DNA of 64,000 nucleotides from contig JAPPIG010000101.1 in assembly GCA_028820635.1 (NCBI GenBank), forward strand, positions 17,484-81,483. Direction: 5' to 3'. A program made the position numbers and the translations under genes. Positions 1 to 9,574 of this stretch are shown here, in pieces. Under the pieces are notes generated by a model. The model made no database searches. It worked only from the letters and a program-made list of their open reading frames with translations, and had not been told where the DNA came from. Within the stretch, counting starts at the first letter, position 1, and the number at the start of each line of letters is the position of its first letter. The DNA is from Candidatus Poribacteria bacterium. Lineage in GTDB: Bacteria > Poribacteria > WGA-4E > WGA-3G.

Positions 1-272
1 CAGCGTCCATCAACACCAGGGGCATTGTGTGTATGGCTGCAGTTAATGACGATATTTTCAGTCGGGATGCCAGTAGTTTGATGAATTGCATTGAGGAGTC
101 GTGCGTTGTATTGAAGCGGAAACTGCCCATAGTCTGCCGTCACGATAGCAAGTTGTGTTTCGCCATCCGCAAGCACCAACGCGCGTGCATACAACTCAGC
201 GTAAACTTCTGGTTTATCCTTTATAGCAGTAATATTAGTTTCCGCCGCACCTGCCTTTAGGCGTGTTTTCAC
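1..272 (-). CDS. Partial CDS (N-terminus in window, runs off the left edge): neutral/alkaline ceramidase-like hydrolase
   Basis: Absent from the ORF track because there is no stop in the window. Reverse-strand GTG at 270-272 has GGAG 7 nt upstream. Translation reads MKTRLKAGAAETNITAIKDKPEVYAELYARALVLADGETQLAIVTADYG...INCSHTHNAPG. This matches the N-terminal pattern and the SHTHxxP motif of this family as I recall it. Confidence 0.5.
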   Translation of the reverse strand, partial: MKTRLKAGAAETNITAIKDKPEVYAELYARALVLADGETQLAIVTADYGQFPLQYNARLLNAIHQTTGIPTENIVINCSHTHNAPGVDGR

Positions 273-323
273 AAGGTTGCTCCATATCGTTGTGTTACGG
301 CACACGGCGTGTGCCTACTACCT

Positions 324-1382
324 TTAAGTCAAATCCGTCAATTGCGGCATCACTTCATTCTTCAGAAGTTCCATTGAATGCGTCCACTGCTCCTTAGGTT
401 CCCATTCGTGTCCCATTGCAAGTAGCACTCCGAATCCACCGACATCCTCATACAGTTGACGTAAGCGATTTGCAACATGGTCAGGACTACCAACAATCCA
501 CAATGTATCCAATAAAGTCTCTAAACATGTTTCTACGTCTGGAATATCTGGGTTCATTTTAAATTTTTCCCATCCAAAGAGTCTAAACCAATAATCCCGA
601 AAATCGCGTCCGAGTGTGCCTTCAATAGCCTCTTTTCGTGCCTGCTCATCGGTATCCGCAACGTATACTTCGCGGGCGATGCGCCATGTGGATCGAGATG
701 GAGAGAGTCCAGTTTTCGCAGCACCCTCTTCAACGGCATCCCAATGCGTTTTAATGACAGAAACAGGTGCAAGATTGATACTCATCGGAATCCACCCACG
801 TTCACCAGCAAAAATAAGCGTATCGGATTTGGCTGATGACCCCGCAAGCGCAATTGGCGGATGCGGTTTCTGATACGGCTTCATGTGGATACTAACGATG
901 TCTGGATGTCCTTCAGGGATTTTAAATTCCCAGAAATCGCTTTTATAATGTCCCGGTACAGGATCCGTCCAAATTTTAAGAACAGCATCAATTCCTTCCC
1001 GAGTTGCCTGCCGTCTGTCAGCGGATGCCATGAACATTTCTGCATCGCTCGGTGTAGAACTGGAGCCAACGCCCCAATGGAATCGTCCGTGTGCAAGATG
1101 GTCTAACTGCGCGATGCGATGCGCGACAACTGCCGGATTATGTATCGGCATGCACGTTATTCCTGTGCCAAAGATAATGTTCTCTGTCATCCCAAGTGCT
1201 CTGGCGATAAAGAGGTCAGGAGACGGAATATTTTCCCATGTAAACGTAAAATGTTCACCAATATAAGCTTCTTTGTAGCCTAATTTGTCTAACGCCACTA
1301 CCTGTTCAAGGTCATCGTCCAATGTTTTGGTCGTGTTGCTACCGGGCGGGTGCAAAGGCATTGTGAAAAATCCGAGTTCCAT
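324..1382 (-). CDS. LLM-class (luciferase-like) flavin-dependent oxidoreductase
   Basis: 352-aa ORF. The MELGFF start, the LGYKEAYIGEHF stretch and the GRFHWGVG motif are typical of luciferase-like monooxygenases. Confidence 0.75.
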   Translation of the reverse strand: MELGFFTMPLHPPGSNTTKTLDDDLEQVVALDKLGYKEAYIGEHFTFTWENIPSPDLFIARALGMTENIIFGTGITCMPIHNPAVVAHRIAQLDHLAHGRFHWGVGSSSTPSDAEMFMASADRRQATREGIDAVLKIWTDPVPGHYKSDFWEFKIPEGHPDIVSIHMKPYQKPHPPIALAGSSAKSDTLIFAGERGWIPMSINLAPVSVIKTHWDAVEEGAAKTGLSPSRSTWRIAREVYVADTDEQARKEAIEGTLGRDFRDYWFRLFGWEKFKMNPDIPDVETCLETLLDTLWIVGSPDHVANRLRQLYEDVGGFGVLLAMGHEWEPKEQWTHSMELLKNEVMPQLTDLT

Positions 1383-1521
1383 AGATAAACTCCTTTATGT
1401 GTATAAAACGAATGGAGTAGATATTATGATTCTTGTCTGTGCTTCTGTAAGTCGTGGACTATGTTTTTTAAATCGCTATTTGTTGTCTTGGAAAAGGCAA
1501 TTTGAGGATATATTTCTGAAC

Positions 1522-1550
1522 TTGACAAGATCAAAGGAATCTGTTATTGT
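1522..1550 (+). promoter_or_regulatory. Possible sigma70-type promoter for the SBP gene
   Basis: TTGACA (1522-1527), a 17-nt spacer, then TATTGT (1545-1550), about 85 nt upstream of the start codon. Confidence 0.25.
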
Positions 1551-1634
1551 TTTCACAAGTTTTGAAACTATCAAAAGGTTACCAAAAATCAACATATTTT
1601 TCAAGCGTTTTACGCGAAGGGGAGATTGCACATA

Positions 1635-2831
1635 ATGAATATAAAAAGTTTTTACTTCACTTCAATTGTTCTATTAGTACTTCTAAGTATATCTCTATTA
1701 GGATGTGAAAAAGTTGATCAGATGATTCCAACCGACACCACATCTCCGATGGATACAACGCTAAAAATTGGTGTCATTCAACCATCACATAGCTACACCA
1801 CCTTTAGTCAAGGTGCTGAAACCGCTCGTGTCCAAATTAATAAAAATGGCGGAATACTCGGCATGGAGGTTGCGTTTATCACCCGAAATAACCAGCCTGT
1901 AGCAGATGAACCACCGACATCTGAAGCAAGCATCAGTGCAGCAAATGAACTGATTGATATGGAAGAGGTATTTGCCCTACTCGGTCCCGTTCGCTCAAGC
2001 ATGGCGCTCAAGGTCGGACCAATTGCACAGCAGGCGCAGCGACTCATGCTTCCCGGTTCAAGCGGCTCAGATGTGCCGGAATCGGGAGATCATATCTTCC
2101 TCATCACGGTGCCAAACCCATTTCAAGGAAAGGTCATGGCAAGTTTCGCGATTAATCCTGACGAACTTGGTGCCCAAACGGCGGTAACAATCTATGAAGA
2201 AGGTGATAACTATTCCATCAACCTCGTCCAAGCATTTGAGGCATCTTATAAGGAAATCGGTGGTCAAATCGTTCACAGCGGCTCCTACCCTTCAGGTGAG
2301 ACTACCTTTACAGCACTGCTCATGGAAATTCAGGAGCTGGACGTTACACCTGATGTTATCTTCTCTCCCGGTCATCAACCAGAAACTCCTCTTTTGATAG
2401 GGAAAGCACGGCAAGCTGGCATCAAAGCGACCTTCCTCGGTGGCAGCGCTTGGGATGACAGAGAACGGTTCCTTAGCATCTTAGACGATAGCACTATGTT
2501 AGACGGCAGTTATTATCCGACTAATTTTTCCGTAGCGACACAGGACGTAGATGTGCAGGAATTTGTGAATGGTTATACGGCACTGTTTGAAAGTGCTCCT
2601 GATGGCGTTGCAGCGTCTGGGTATGATGCGATGCGGCTTTTGGCACGCGCAATAGAGAAAGCGGGTTCACTTGATTATGCTGCTGTTCGCAATGCCTTTG
2701 CAGAAGTCAAAGATTACAAGGGGGCAACAACTATTTCGCATTACGATGCAAATCGTCATCCCGTCAAAAGCCTCGCAATTCAGGTAATTCGTGGTGGAAA
2801 AGTTGAACACTACAAAGTTGTGAAACCGTAA
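1635..2831 (+). CDS. ABC transporter substrate-binding lipoprotein, Leu/Ile/Val-binding (Peripla_BP_6) type
   Basis: Signal peptide with lipobox LLGC. KIGVIQP...GAETARVQINKNGGILGMEV is typical of LivJ-like binding proteins. I prefer ATG 1635 (GGGGAG ends 10 nt upstream) over the ORF-track TTG at 1626. No permease or ATPase genes are adjacent. Confidence 0.75.
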   Translation: MNIKSFYFTSIVLLVLLSISLLGCEKVDQMIPTDTTSPMDTTLKIGVIQPSHSYTTFSQGAETARVQINKNGGILGMEVAFITRNNQPVADEPPTSEASISAANELIDMEEVFALLGPVRSSMALKVGPIAQQAQRLMLPGSSGSDVPESGDHIFLITVPNPFQGKVMASFAINPDELGAQTAVTIYEEGDNYSINLVQAFEASYKEIGGQIVHSGSYPSGETTFTALLMEIQELDVTPDVIFSPGHQPETPLLIGKARQAGIKATFLGGSAWDDRERFLSILDDSTMLDGSYYPTNFSVATQDVDVQEFVNGYTALFESAPDGVAASGYDAMRLLARAIEKAGSLDYAAVRNAFAEVKDYKGATTISHYDANRHPVKSLAIQVIRGGKVEHYKVVKP

Positions 2832-2846
2832 AACGTGTAAAATAAA

Positions 2847-3623
2847 ATGGAACATGAAGCAACACGTCCAAAGGCTTTTTTGATTGATCTGGATGGAACA
2901 CTCTATTTTAAAGGCAAACCTTACCCCGGAGCAATTGAGACTGTTAATTATCTGCGGGAGAAAGACTTTCAACTCCGATTTTTGACAAACACAACTGCTA
3001 AAACCCCAAAGATGCTTTACGCACAAATGCAAGGATTAGGCTTTGGCATCCATGAAAATGAGATTTTTAATGCGACTTATGCGTGTCTCTTCTACTTACG
3101 TTCACAGATTGGAATAAGTTGCCATTTTATGGTTGACGATGCTATTAAAGCGTTTTTCAAAGAAATACCATCAGATGACGAAGCACCCGATTTTGTCGTT
3201 ATTGGAGACTACGGTCAAAAGTTTGACTTTCACACTTTGAATCACGCTTTCCGCCTGCTGATGGATGGGGCTGAACTTATAGCATTACAGAAGGGACTCT
3301 ACTGGTTTTCATCTGAAGGAATATTCTTGGATTGCGGTGCCTTTGTGACACTTCTGGAATCCGCCGCAGATAAAACCGCCAAGGTCATGGGCAAACCGAG
3401 TGAGACGTTCTTCAAGCTTGCTCTTGATGATCTTCAGCTTTCTCCAAGTGAAGTAATTGTAGTCGGTGATGATATTACGTCTGATATAGTTGGGGCACAG
3501 ACAATGGAGATGCGGAGTATCTTGGTTAAGACTGGAAAGTTTAAACCTAATCAATTGGAAAATCCTATAACGGAGCCAACATGGGTGCTTGAGAGTGTTT
3601 CTGAGTTAAGTCAACTTTTTTAA
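2847..3623 (+). CDS. HAD-IIA family hydrolase (LHPP/NagD-like phosphatase)
   Basis: Motif I is LIDLDGTLY; motif IV is VGDDITSDI near the C-terminus; 258 aa. Confidence 0.75.
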   Translation: MEHEATRPKAFLIDLDGTLYFKGKPYPGAIETVNYLREKDFQLRFLTNTTAKTPKMLYAQMQGLGFGIHENEIFNATYACLFYLRSQIGISCHFMVDDAIKAFFKEIPSDDEAPDFVVIGDYGQKFDFHTLNHAFRLLMDGAELIALQKGLYWFSSEGIFLDCGAFVTLLESAADKTAKVMGKPSETFFKLALDDLQLSPSEVIVVGDDITSDIVGAQTMEMRSILVKTGKFKPNQLENPITEPTWVLESVSELSQLF

Positions 3624-3656
3624 CAGTTTTCCAGAGAAGTATCGGAGACAACACTT

Positions 3657-4691
3657 ATGACAAACCAAATTATTCAACTCGGAGTCGTCGGATGTGGATG
3701 GGCAGGCTGCCAAGCTATTAATGCCGCCAATGCCACCTCTCGACTAAACGTCATTGCTATCGCAGAACGTGACCCAACCCGCCGTGAACAAGCAGGAAAT
3801 GACTACGCAGTACCACATCGCTATGCTGACTATACAGAACTCCTTGACGACTCATCTGTTGATGCTGTTTATCTTGCTACTTCGCCAGATGGTAGACTTC
3901 AGCAAGTCTTAGATACGCTCAATGCAGGCAAACATGTCTTAGTCCAAAAACCGCATGCTATCCGCGCTCCTGAAATATTAGAGATGGAAACAGCAGCGCA
4001 GCAGTCTGGCAAAACACTCCAATTCTGCTATTTTATGCGTCACTTTCCAAACAACCGACAGATTCGGCGCGCTGTCCTAAACGGTGCAATTGGAGACCCA
4101 TTTCACGCCCGCGTTTTTGGAAAATACAACTTCATTCCAACCCTGGATACCAACAGTCGATGGTTACACGTCTATGGACAGAAAGGTGGCTCATTAGGAC
4201 AACACTATTCGCACGAACTCAATCTGACATGGTGGTGGATGGGGTGTCCAAAACCTGAATGGGCATTTGCATCAAAGCATGTGCTTTATCCACAATACGA
4301 TGGACCTGAAGGCGCTGCAGAAGACTATTTCACAGGTCTCCTGGGTTGCGAAGGTGGTAAGACCATCCAGATTGACTGTTCACGGATGAGTCATTCAGAT
4401 TCTGGCAGCGTTGTGGAACTTTACGGCACTACTGGTGCGATCACAAATGGGGGCATATCTCGATTCAAAGATGGCCAATTTGTCCGAGAATCGATTGATG
4501 AACCTATTGAAATTGATCATGGAGAACAGCCTGAAGAAGTGCCTGTATTCTACTACGAACTCAATCATTTCGCTATGGCTATTGCGGGAGAAGTGACACC
4601 AGATGTATCTTCAGAAGATGCCTATATCTTTATGCAGATATTGGATGCACTCTACGACAGCGCGAAAAGTGGTGAAATGGTTTATATTTGA
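3657..4691 (+). CDS. Gfo/Idh/MocA family oxidoreductase (divergent relative of the tandem array)
   Basis: Rossmann start LGVVGCGWAG; EKP-equivalent motif LVQKPHA; 344 aa. Confidence 0.75.
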   Translation: MTNQIIQLGVVGCGWAGCQAINAANATSRLNVIAIAERDPTRREQAGNDYAVPHRYADYTELLDDSSVDAVYLATSPDGRLQQVLDTLNAGKHVLVQKPHAIRAPEILEMETAAQQSGKTLQFCYFMRHFPNNRQIRRAVLNGAIGDPFHARVFGKYNFIPTLDTNSRWLHVYGQKGGSLGQHYSHELNLTWWWMGCPKPEWAFASKHVLYPQYDGPEGAAEDYFTGLLGCEGGKTIQIDCSRMSHSDSGSVVELYGTTGAITNGGISRFKDGQFVRESIDEPIEIDHGEQPEEVPVFYYELNHFAMAIAGEVTPDVSSEDAYIFMQILDALYDSAKSGEMVYI

Positions 4692-4757
4692 CAAAATCAC
4701 ATCTTTCTGTTAATCTTATAGCAAAACTGATACATTTCTAACTAAGGAGATTTTTCT

Positions 4758-5795
4758 ATGTACAAAAGTGCGATGTTAGGGTGCGGTGGACGCGCCGGGG
4801 GGCATGCAAGTGCCTATCGCTTTGTTAAAGGTGGTAAACTCGCAGCAATCTGCGATATGAACGAAGAACGACTAAACAACTTCGGTGATAATTTTGACAT
4901 ATCTTCCCGTTATACAGATTTGGATGAGATGCTCGAAAAAGAGAAACCGGATCTGCTACATATTGTGACCGCACCCGTGCTGCGCGGTTCGAATGAACGA
5001 ATACGGTATTCACTAATGAAGCAAGCCTCAGACCACGGTGTGCCTGCAGCGATTGTGGAAAAACCGATTGCTGTTGAAAGCGAAGATTGGAAACAGATTG
5101 CCGAATTAGCAGATGAAACAAAAACGAAGTTTGTTGTCAATACACAACTTAACTTCCATCCAAAAAACCTTGAATTAAAGCGAGATGTCGCGGACGGTAA
5201 GATAGGTGATCTTAAGTTCATTGACGCGAGTGCGCGCAGTACACCAGTAGATCAAGGTCCACACGTGCTTCAATTGGTATCATCCTACATTGATAATTCC
5301 AGACCTGTGAGTGTACTTGGGCAAATATCTGGAAGAGAACATCTGGATTCAGCGCAGCCTTCACCGATGCATGCTGCAGCACAAGTTATATATGAAAATG
5401 GACTTCACGTCTCTCTTGCATTTGGGCAAGGCATGGGCACGATGGCATCTGATGATCAAGGTATTTATTGCCACAAGCGCGTCTTTGTCATCGGAACAGA
5501 AGGATTCGTTCATTGGCGGTTTAGTAATTGGGAGCGCGCCACGCAAAAAGGAGGTTATGAAGGCGGTCCACTCAACTATGGTGAACAAGATGTTGAAGCA
5601 CAAGGAAATCTCACGGAGGCTGTCTTTGATTGGCTTGACGACGAAAAAAATGAGCATCCGACACATCTCAAACAATCCCTTGCAGAGTTCAATCTGCTTT
5701 TAGGAATGTACTACAGTGGTATTACAAATCAGATTATTGATCTACCGTTTGAACCACCCGACGGTTTGATGGATTCACTGAGAGAGAAGTTATAA
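4758..5795 (+). CDS. Gfo/Idh/MocA-type oxidoreductase, tandem paralogue 1 of 6
   Basis: Rossmann motif LGCGGRAGGHA. EKP motif IVEKPIA (K102). D165-x3-H169 (VDQGPHV). AAGGAGA Shine-Dalgarno upstream of the ATG. Confidence 0.85.
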   Translation: MYKSAMLGCGGRAGGHASAYRFVKGGKLAAICDMNEERLNNFGDNFDISSRYTDLDEMLEKEKPDLLHIVTAPVLRGSNERIRYSLMKQASDHGVPAAIVEKPIAVESEDWKQIAELADETKTKFVVNTQLNFHPKNLELKRDVADGKIGDLKFIDASARSTPVDQGPHVLQLVSSYIDNSRPVSVLGQISGREHLDSAQPSPMHAAAQVIYENGLHVSLAFGQGMGTMASDDQGIYCHKRVFVIGTEGFVHWRFSNWERATQKGGYEGGPLNYGEQDVEAQGNLTEAVFDWLDDEKNEHPTHLKQSLAEFNLLLGMYYSGITNQIIDLPFEPPDGLMDSLREKL

Positions 5796-5827
5796 ATTTA
5801 CTTTAGATTTTCCTTCTATAAAGATTG

Positions 5828-5859
5828 GCGGTAGCAGCGAATTTATTTGCAACTACCGC
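5828..5859 (+). terminator. Hairpin after paralogue 1 (weak intrinsic-terminator candidate)
   Basis: GCGGTAG...CTACCGC gives a 7-bp stem plus 2 further pairs, with loop GAATTTATTT, followed by AT-rich TAATTATTATA. Confidence 0.25.
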
Positions 5860-5927
5860 TAATTATTATATACCGTATGTGGAACATTTATGTGCGCGCA
5901 GTACAGAATGTATAAGGAGAAACATCT

Positions 5928-6965
5928 GTGTATAAAAGTGCGATATTAGGGTGTGGTGGTCGTGCCCGCGGGCATGCAGGTGCGTATCGTTTTGTTAAAG
6001 GTGGTAAACTCGCAGCGATCTGCGATATGAACGAAGAACGACTCAACGACTTCGGAGATCGTTTTGATATATCTTCCCGTTACACCGATTTGGATGAGAT
6101 GCTTGAGAAGGAGAAACCCGATCTTCTCCATATTGTCACAGCGCCATTATTACGCGGGACTAATGAACGCATTCGGTATTCGTTAATGAAGCAAGCATCA
6201 GACCACGGCGTGCCAGCAGTAATTGTAGAGAAACCGATTGCTGTTGAAAGCGAAGACTGGAAGCAGATTGCCGGACTCGCAGAAGAAACAGAAACAAAGT
6301 TTGTTGTCAACACACAACTGAACTTCCATCCCAAAAATATTGAACTAAAACGAGATGTCGCAGAAGGTAAAATTGGCGAACTAAGGTTCATTGACGCAAG
6401 CGCACGCAATACAATAGTAAACCAGGGACCACACGTGCTTCAATTGGTATCATCCTACATTGACAACTCTCGACCCGTGAGTGTGCTCGGGCAAATCTCT
6501 GGAGGTGAACGTTTGGATTCAGCAGAACCTTCACCGATGCATGCAGCAGCGCACGTTTTATATGAAAATGGACTTCACGTGTCCCTTGCTTTTGGCACGG
6601 GAATGGGCGCGAAGGTATCAGAAAGACCCGCGAATTTCAGACATAAACGTGTTTTTGTTGTTGGCACAAAAGGTTTTGTGCATTGGCGGTTCAGCAGTTG
6701 GGAACGCGCAACGCCTGAAGGTGGTTATGAGGGTGGTCATCTCAGCTATAACGATCAGGATGTTCAAGCACAAGGAAATCTCACAGAGGCTGTCTTCGAT
6801 TGGCTTGACGACGAGAAAAACGTACATCCGACACACCTCAAACAATCACTTGCTGAGTTCAACCTCCTTTTAGGTATCTACTACAGCGGTATAACAAATA
6901 ACATTATTGATCTTCCATTTGACCCACCTGATGGGTTGATGGATTTGCTTAGAGAGCAGTTGTAA
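5928..6965 (+). CDS. Gfo/Idh/MocA-type oxidoreductase, tandem paralogue 2 of 6
   Basis: GTG start 7 nt after AAGGAGA. I count 50 differences from paralogue 1 over 345 residues. The Asp of the DxxxH motif is replaced (VNQGPHV). Confidence 0.85.
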   Translation: MYKSAILGCGGRARGHAGAYRFVKGGKLAAICDMNEERLNDFGDRFDISSRYTDLDEMLEKEKPDLLHIVTAPLLRGTNERIRYSLMKQASDHGVPAVIVEKPIAVESEDWKQIAGLAEETETKFVVNTQLNFHPKNIELKRDVAEGKIGELRFIDASARNTIVNQGPHVLQLVSSYIDNSRPVSVLGQISGGERLDSAEPSPMHAAAHVLYENGLHVSLAFGTGMGAKVSERPANFRHKRVFVVGTKGFVHWRFSSWERATPEGGYEGGHLSYNDQDVQAQGNLTEAVFDWLDDEKNVHPTHLKQSLAEFNLLLGIYYSGITNNIIDLPFDPPDGLMDLLREQL

Positions 6966-6985
6966 TGGTCTGTTCATATTCAAAT

Positions 6986-7108
6986 TGTAGGTCGGGTAGA
7001 GCAAAGCGAAACCCGACAAATGCCATAAGCGCTTTTGGCGTTGATTTGGGCACGTATGATCAGATACGGGTATCCATGTCGGGTTTCGTAAACTCTACCC
7101 GACCTACA
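6986..7108. repeat. REPIN-like composite palindrome in the paralogue 2/3 spacer
   Basis: Left arm TGTAGGTCGGGTAGAGCAAAGCGAAACCCGACA (6986-7018) and inverted right arm TGTCGGGTTTCGTAAACTCTACCCGACCTACA (7077-7108). The centre carries an inverted copy of the AATCAACGCCAAA.GCGCTTTTGGC motif. Confidence 0.7.
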
Positions 7109-7174
7109 AGTGATTTATATAGAAAGTCAATAAGACAATATGTCATTTGATATGATATTATATCCTAACACTCT

Positions 7175-7204
7175 GGCAGGCGCGGTTTCAAACCACGCCT
7201 ACAA
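7175..7204 (-). repeat. GTAGG-headed REP-like hairpin
   Basis: The reverse complement reads TGTAGGCGTGGTTTGAAACCGCGCC, which is a GTAGG head followed by a GC-rich stem. Confidence 0.55.
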
Positions 7205-7245
7205 GAAAGAGTTAACATTTTGAATTTTACTAAGGAGAAATTTCC

Positions 7246-8283
7246 ATGTATAAAAGTGCATTTTTAGGTTGTGGTGGTCGTGCCCGCGCCCATGCAAGCG
7301 CATATCGTTTCGTTAAAGGCGGCAAAATCGGCGCAATCTGTGATATGAACGAAGAACTTCTCAATAAATTCGGTGACGACTTTGATGTTTCTTCCCGCTA
7401 CACAGATTTAGATGAGATGCTTGAGAAAGAGAAGCCTGATCTTCTCCACATCGTCACGGCTCCAGTTTTGCGTGGGACCAATCAACGTATCCGCTATCCA
7501 TTGATGAAGCAGGCATCAGACCACGGTGTGCCAGCAGCGATTGTTGAGAAACCGATTGCCGTTGAAAGCGAGGACTGGAAACAGATTGCTGGATTGGCAG
7601 AAGAGACAAAAACAAAGTTTATTGTCAACACACAACTAAACTTTCATCCCAAGAACCTTGAACTGAAACAAGATGTTGCAGACGGTAAGATAGGTGAGAT
7701 TAAGTTTATTGACGCAAGTGCGCGCAGCACGCCTGTAGACCAAGCGCCCCACGTATTGCAGTTGGTATCGTCATATATCGATAACTCGCGTCCGGTACGC
7801 GTGTTAGGTCAAATTGCAGGTAGAGAACAATTAGATTCTGCGCAGCCTTCTCCGATGCATGCTGCTGGACAGGCAATATATGAAAATGGTCTGCACGTTT
7901 CTCTTGCGTTTGGAACAGGCATGGGAACGTTGGCATCAGAGGGTGGAGGCACAGTAACACATAAACGTGTTTTTGTTGTCGGCACAAAAGGTTTTGTGCA
8001 TTGGCGGTTCAGTAGTTGGGAGCGTTCCACACATGAAGGTGGTTACGAGGGTGGTCCGCTCAGCTATGGTGAACAGGATATTCAAGCACAAGGCAACCTC
8101 ACTGAAGCAGCTTTCGATTGGCTTGATGATGAGAAAAACGAACATCCGACACATCTCAAACAATCTCTTGCGGAATTTAATCTGCTGTTAGGTATTTACT
8201 ATAGCGGTATAACGAATCAGATTATAGATCTCCCGTTTGACCCACCCGATGGGTTAATGGCTTCTCTCAAGGAACATCTATAA
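7246..8283 (+). CDS. Gfo/Idh/MocA-type oxidoreductase, tandem paralogue 3 of 6
   Basis: Same motifs as paralogue 1 (LGCGGRA, IVEKPIA, VDQAPHV). AAGGAGA Shine-Dalgarno. Confidence 0.85.
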   Translation: MYKSAFLGCGGRARAHASAYRFVKGGKIGAICDMNEELLNKFGDDFDVSSRYTDLDEMLEKEKPDLLHIVTAPVLRGTNQRIRYPLMKQASDHGVPAAIVEKPIAVESEDWKQIAGLAEETKTKFIVNTQLNFHPKNLELKQDVADGKIGEIKFIDASARSTPVDQAPHVLQLVSSYIDNSRPVRVLGQIAGREQLDSAQPSPMHAAGQAIYENGLHVSLAFGTGMGTLASEGGGTVTHKRVFVVGTKGFVHWRFSSWERSTHEGGYEGGPLSYGEQDIQAQGNLTEAAFDWLDDEKNEHPTHLKQSLAEFNLLLGIYYSGITNQIIDLPFDPPDGLMASLKEHL

Positions 8284-8293
8284 ACTAAAAATG

Positions 8294-8324
8294 GCGTGGG
8301 GCAGACATGTTGTATGCCCCACGC
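8294..8324. repeat. Perfect 10-bp GC-rich hairpin after paralogue 3
   Basis: GCGTGGGGCA / TGCCCCACGC with an 11-nt loop. There is no U-tract on the + strand, so it is not a classic terminator for paralogue 3. Confidence 0.5.
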
Positions 8325-8362
8325 ATAAAACCACATCAGAGCCATTCCATTGTACTGAAGCA

Positions 8363-8394
8363 TTCTTGTTGGAGGGCTTTGTAAGCCCGATTTT
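8363..8394 (+). repeat. REP-like unit (GT[TG]GG head), copy 1
   Basis: TTCTTGTTGGAGGGCTTTGTAAGCCCGATTTT matches the inverted copy at 16702-16733 at 31 of 32 positions. Confidence 0.7.
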
Positions 8395-8451
8395 CAACAC
8401 ATTATACTAACATTTTTCTTTGCTTGATATAAGTATATTAGGAGACATTCT

Positions 8452-9489
8452 ATGTATAAAACAGCGATGTTAGGATGCGGTGGTCGTGCCCGTGCACATG
8501 CAGATGCCTATCGCTTTGTAAAAGGTGGTAAACTCGCAGCAATTTGCGATATGAATGAGGAATTGCTTACCAACTTTGGCAATGATTTTGGTATCTCTTC
8601 CCGCTACACAGATTTAGATGAGATGCTTGAAAAAGAAAAACCCGATGTGCTTCACATTGTAACAGCGCCTGTTTTACGCGGCACAAGTGAACGCATTCGA
8701 TATCCGTTGATGAAGCAAGCATCAGACCACGGTGTGCCTGCCGCAATCGTAGAGAAGCCTATTGCCGTTGAAAGCGAGGACTGGAAGCAGCTTGCAGGAT
8801 TAGCTGAAGAAACACAAACGAAGTTCGTTGTTAATACACAACTCAATTTTCACCCGAAAAACTTAGAATTAAAACAGGATGTTGCTGAGGGCAGAATTGG
8901 TGAAATCAAGTTTATTGATGCCAGCGCACGCAGCACGCCTGTAGACCAAGCACCCCACGTATTGCAACTTGTCTCTTCCTACATTGACAACTCGCGCCCG
9001 ATCCGAGTGCTCGGACAAGTTGCTGGAGCTCAGGATTTGGACTCCACTCAGCCCTCTCCAATGCATGCTGCCGCTCAGGTCATATATGAAAATGGACTTC
9101 ACGTCTCTCTCGCATTCGGAGCAAGTGTAGGGACGCGAGTGCCTATAGATTCGGGTAATCACACACACAAACGCGTCTTTGTCGTAGGAACGAAAGGTTT
9201 CGTGCATTGGCGGTTTAGCAGCTGGGAACGCGCAACACCAGAAGGTGGTTACGAAAGTGGACCACTCGACTATGGAGAGCAGGATGTCGTCGCACAAGGC
9301 AATCTGACCAATGCTGTTTTCAATTGGCTTGACGATGAGAACAATGTGCATCCGACGCATCTCAAACAATCTCTTGCGGAATTTAATCTCCTCCTCGGCA
9401 TTTACTACAGTGGCGTAACAAGTCAGATTATCGACCTTCCGTTTGAACCGCCCGATGGCTTGATTGATATTTTGCGAGAAAAATTATAA
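8452..9489 (+). CDS. Gfo/Idh/MocA-type oxidoreductase, tandem paralogue 4 of 6
   Basis: Same motifs as paralogue 1. TAGGAGA Shine-Dalgarno. Confidence 0.85.
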   Translation: MYKTAMLGCGGRARAHADAYRFVKGGKLAAICDMNEELLTNFGNDFGISSRYTDLDEMLEKEKPDVLHIVTAPVLRGTSERIRYPLMKQASDHGVPAAIVEKPIAVESEDWKQLAGLAEETQTKFVVNTQLNFHPKNLELKQDVAEGRIGEIKFIDASARSTPVDQAPHVLQLVSSYIDNSRPIRVLGQVAGAQDLDSTQPSPMHAAAQVIYENGLHVSLAFGASVGTRVPIDSGNHTHKRVFVVGTKGFVHWRFSSWERATPEGGYESGPLDYGEQDVVAQGNLTNAVFNWLDDENNVHPTHLKQSLAEFNLLLGIYYSGVTSQIIDLPFEPPDGLIDILREKL

Positions 9490-9574
9490 GACTTTATTTG
9501 TAACAGAACGGTTAGAAAACGCTCCTACCGTGTAGGGTCCAAACTGCATAAGCATGGGCTATAATGGAGACATC

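Noticed and set aside
27-260. 77-aa + strand ORF at the left edge.
   Set aside because: It is antisense to a much better supported partial ceramidase-like CDS (1-272, -). It has no motif or ribosome-binding site.
6965-7150. 61-aa ORF in the paralogue 2/3 spacer, and the 77-aa ORF at 18543-18776.
   Set aside because: Both consist almost entirely of translated REP/REPIN palindromes.
8294-8324. The perfect 10-bp GC hairpin could be the intrinsic terminator of paralogue 3.
   Set aside because: No U-tract follows it on the + strand. The T-run is on the opposite strand, where no gene needs termination. I kept it as a repeat/hairpin only.
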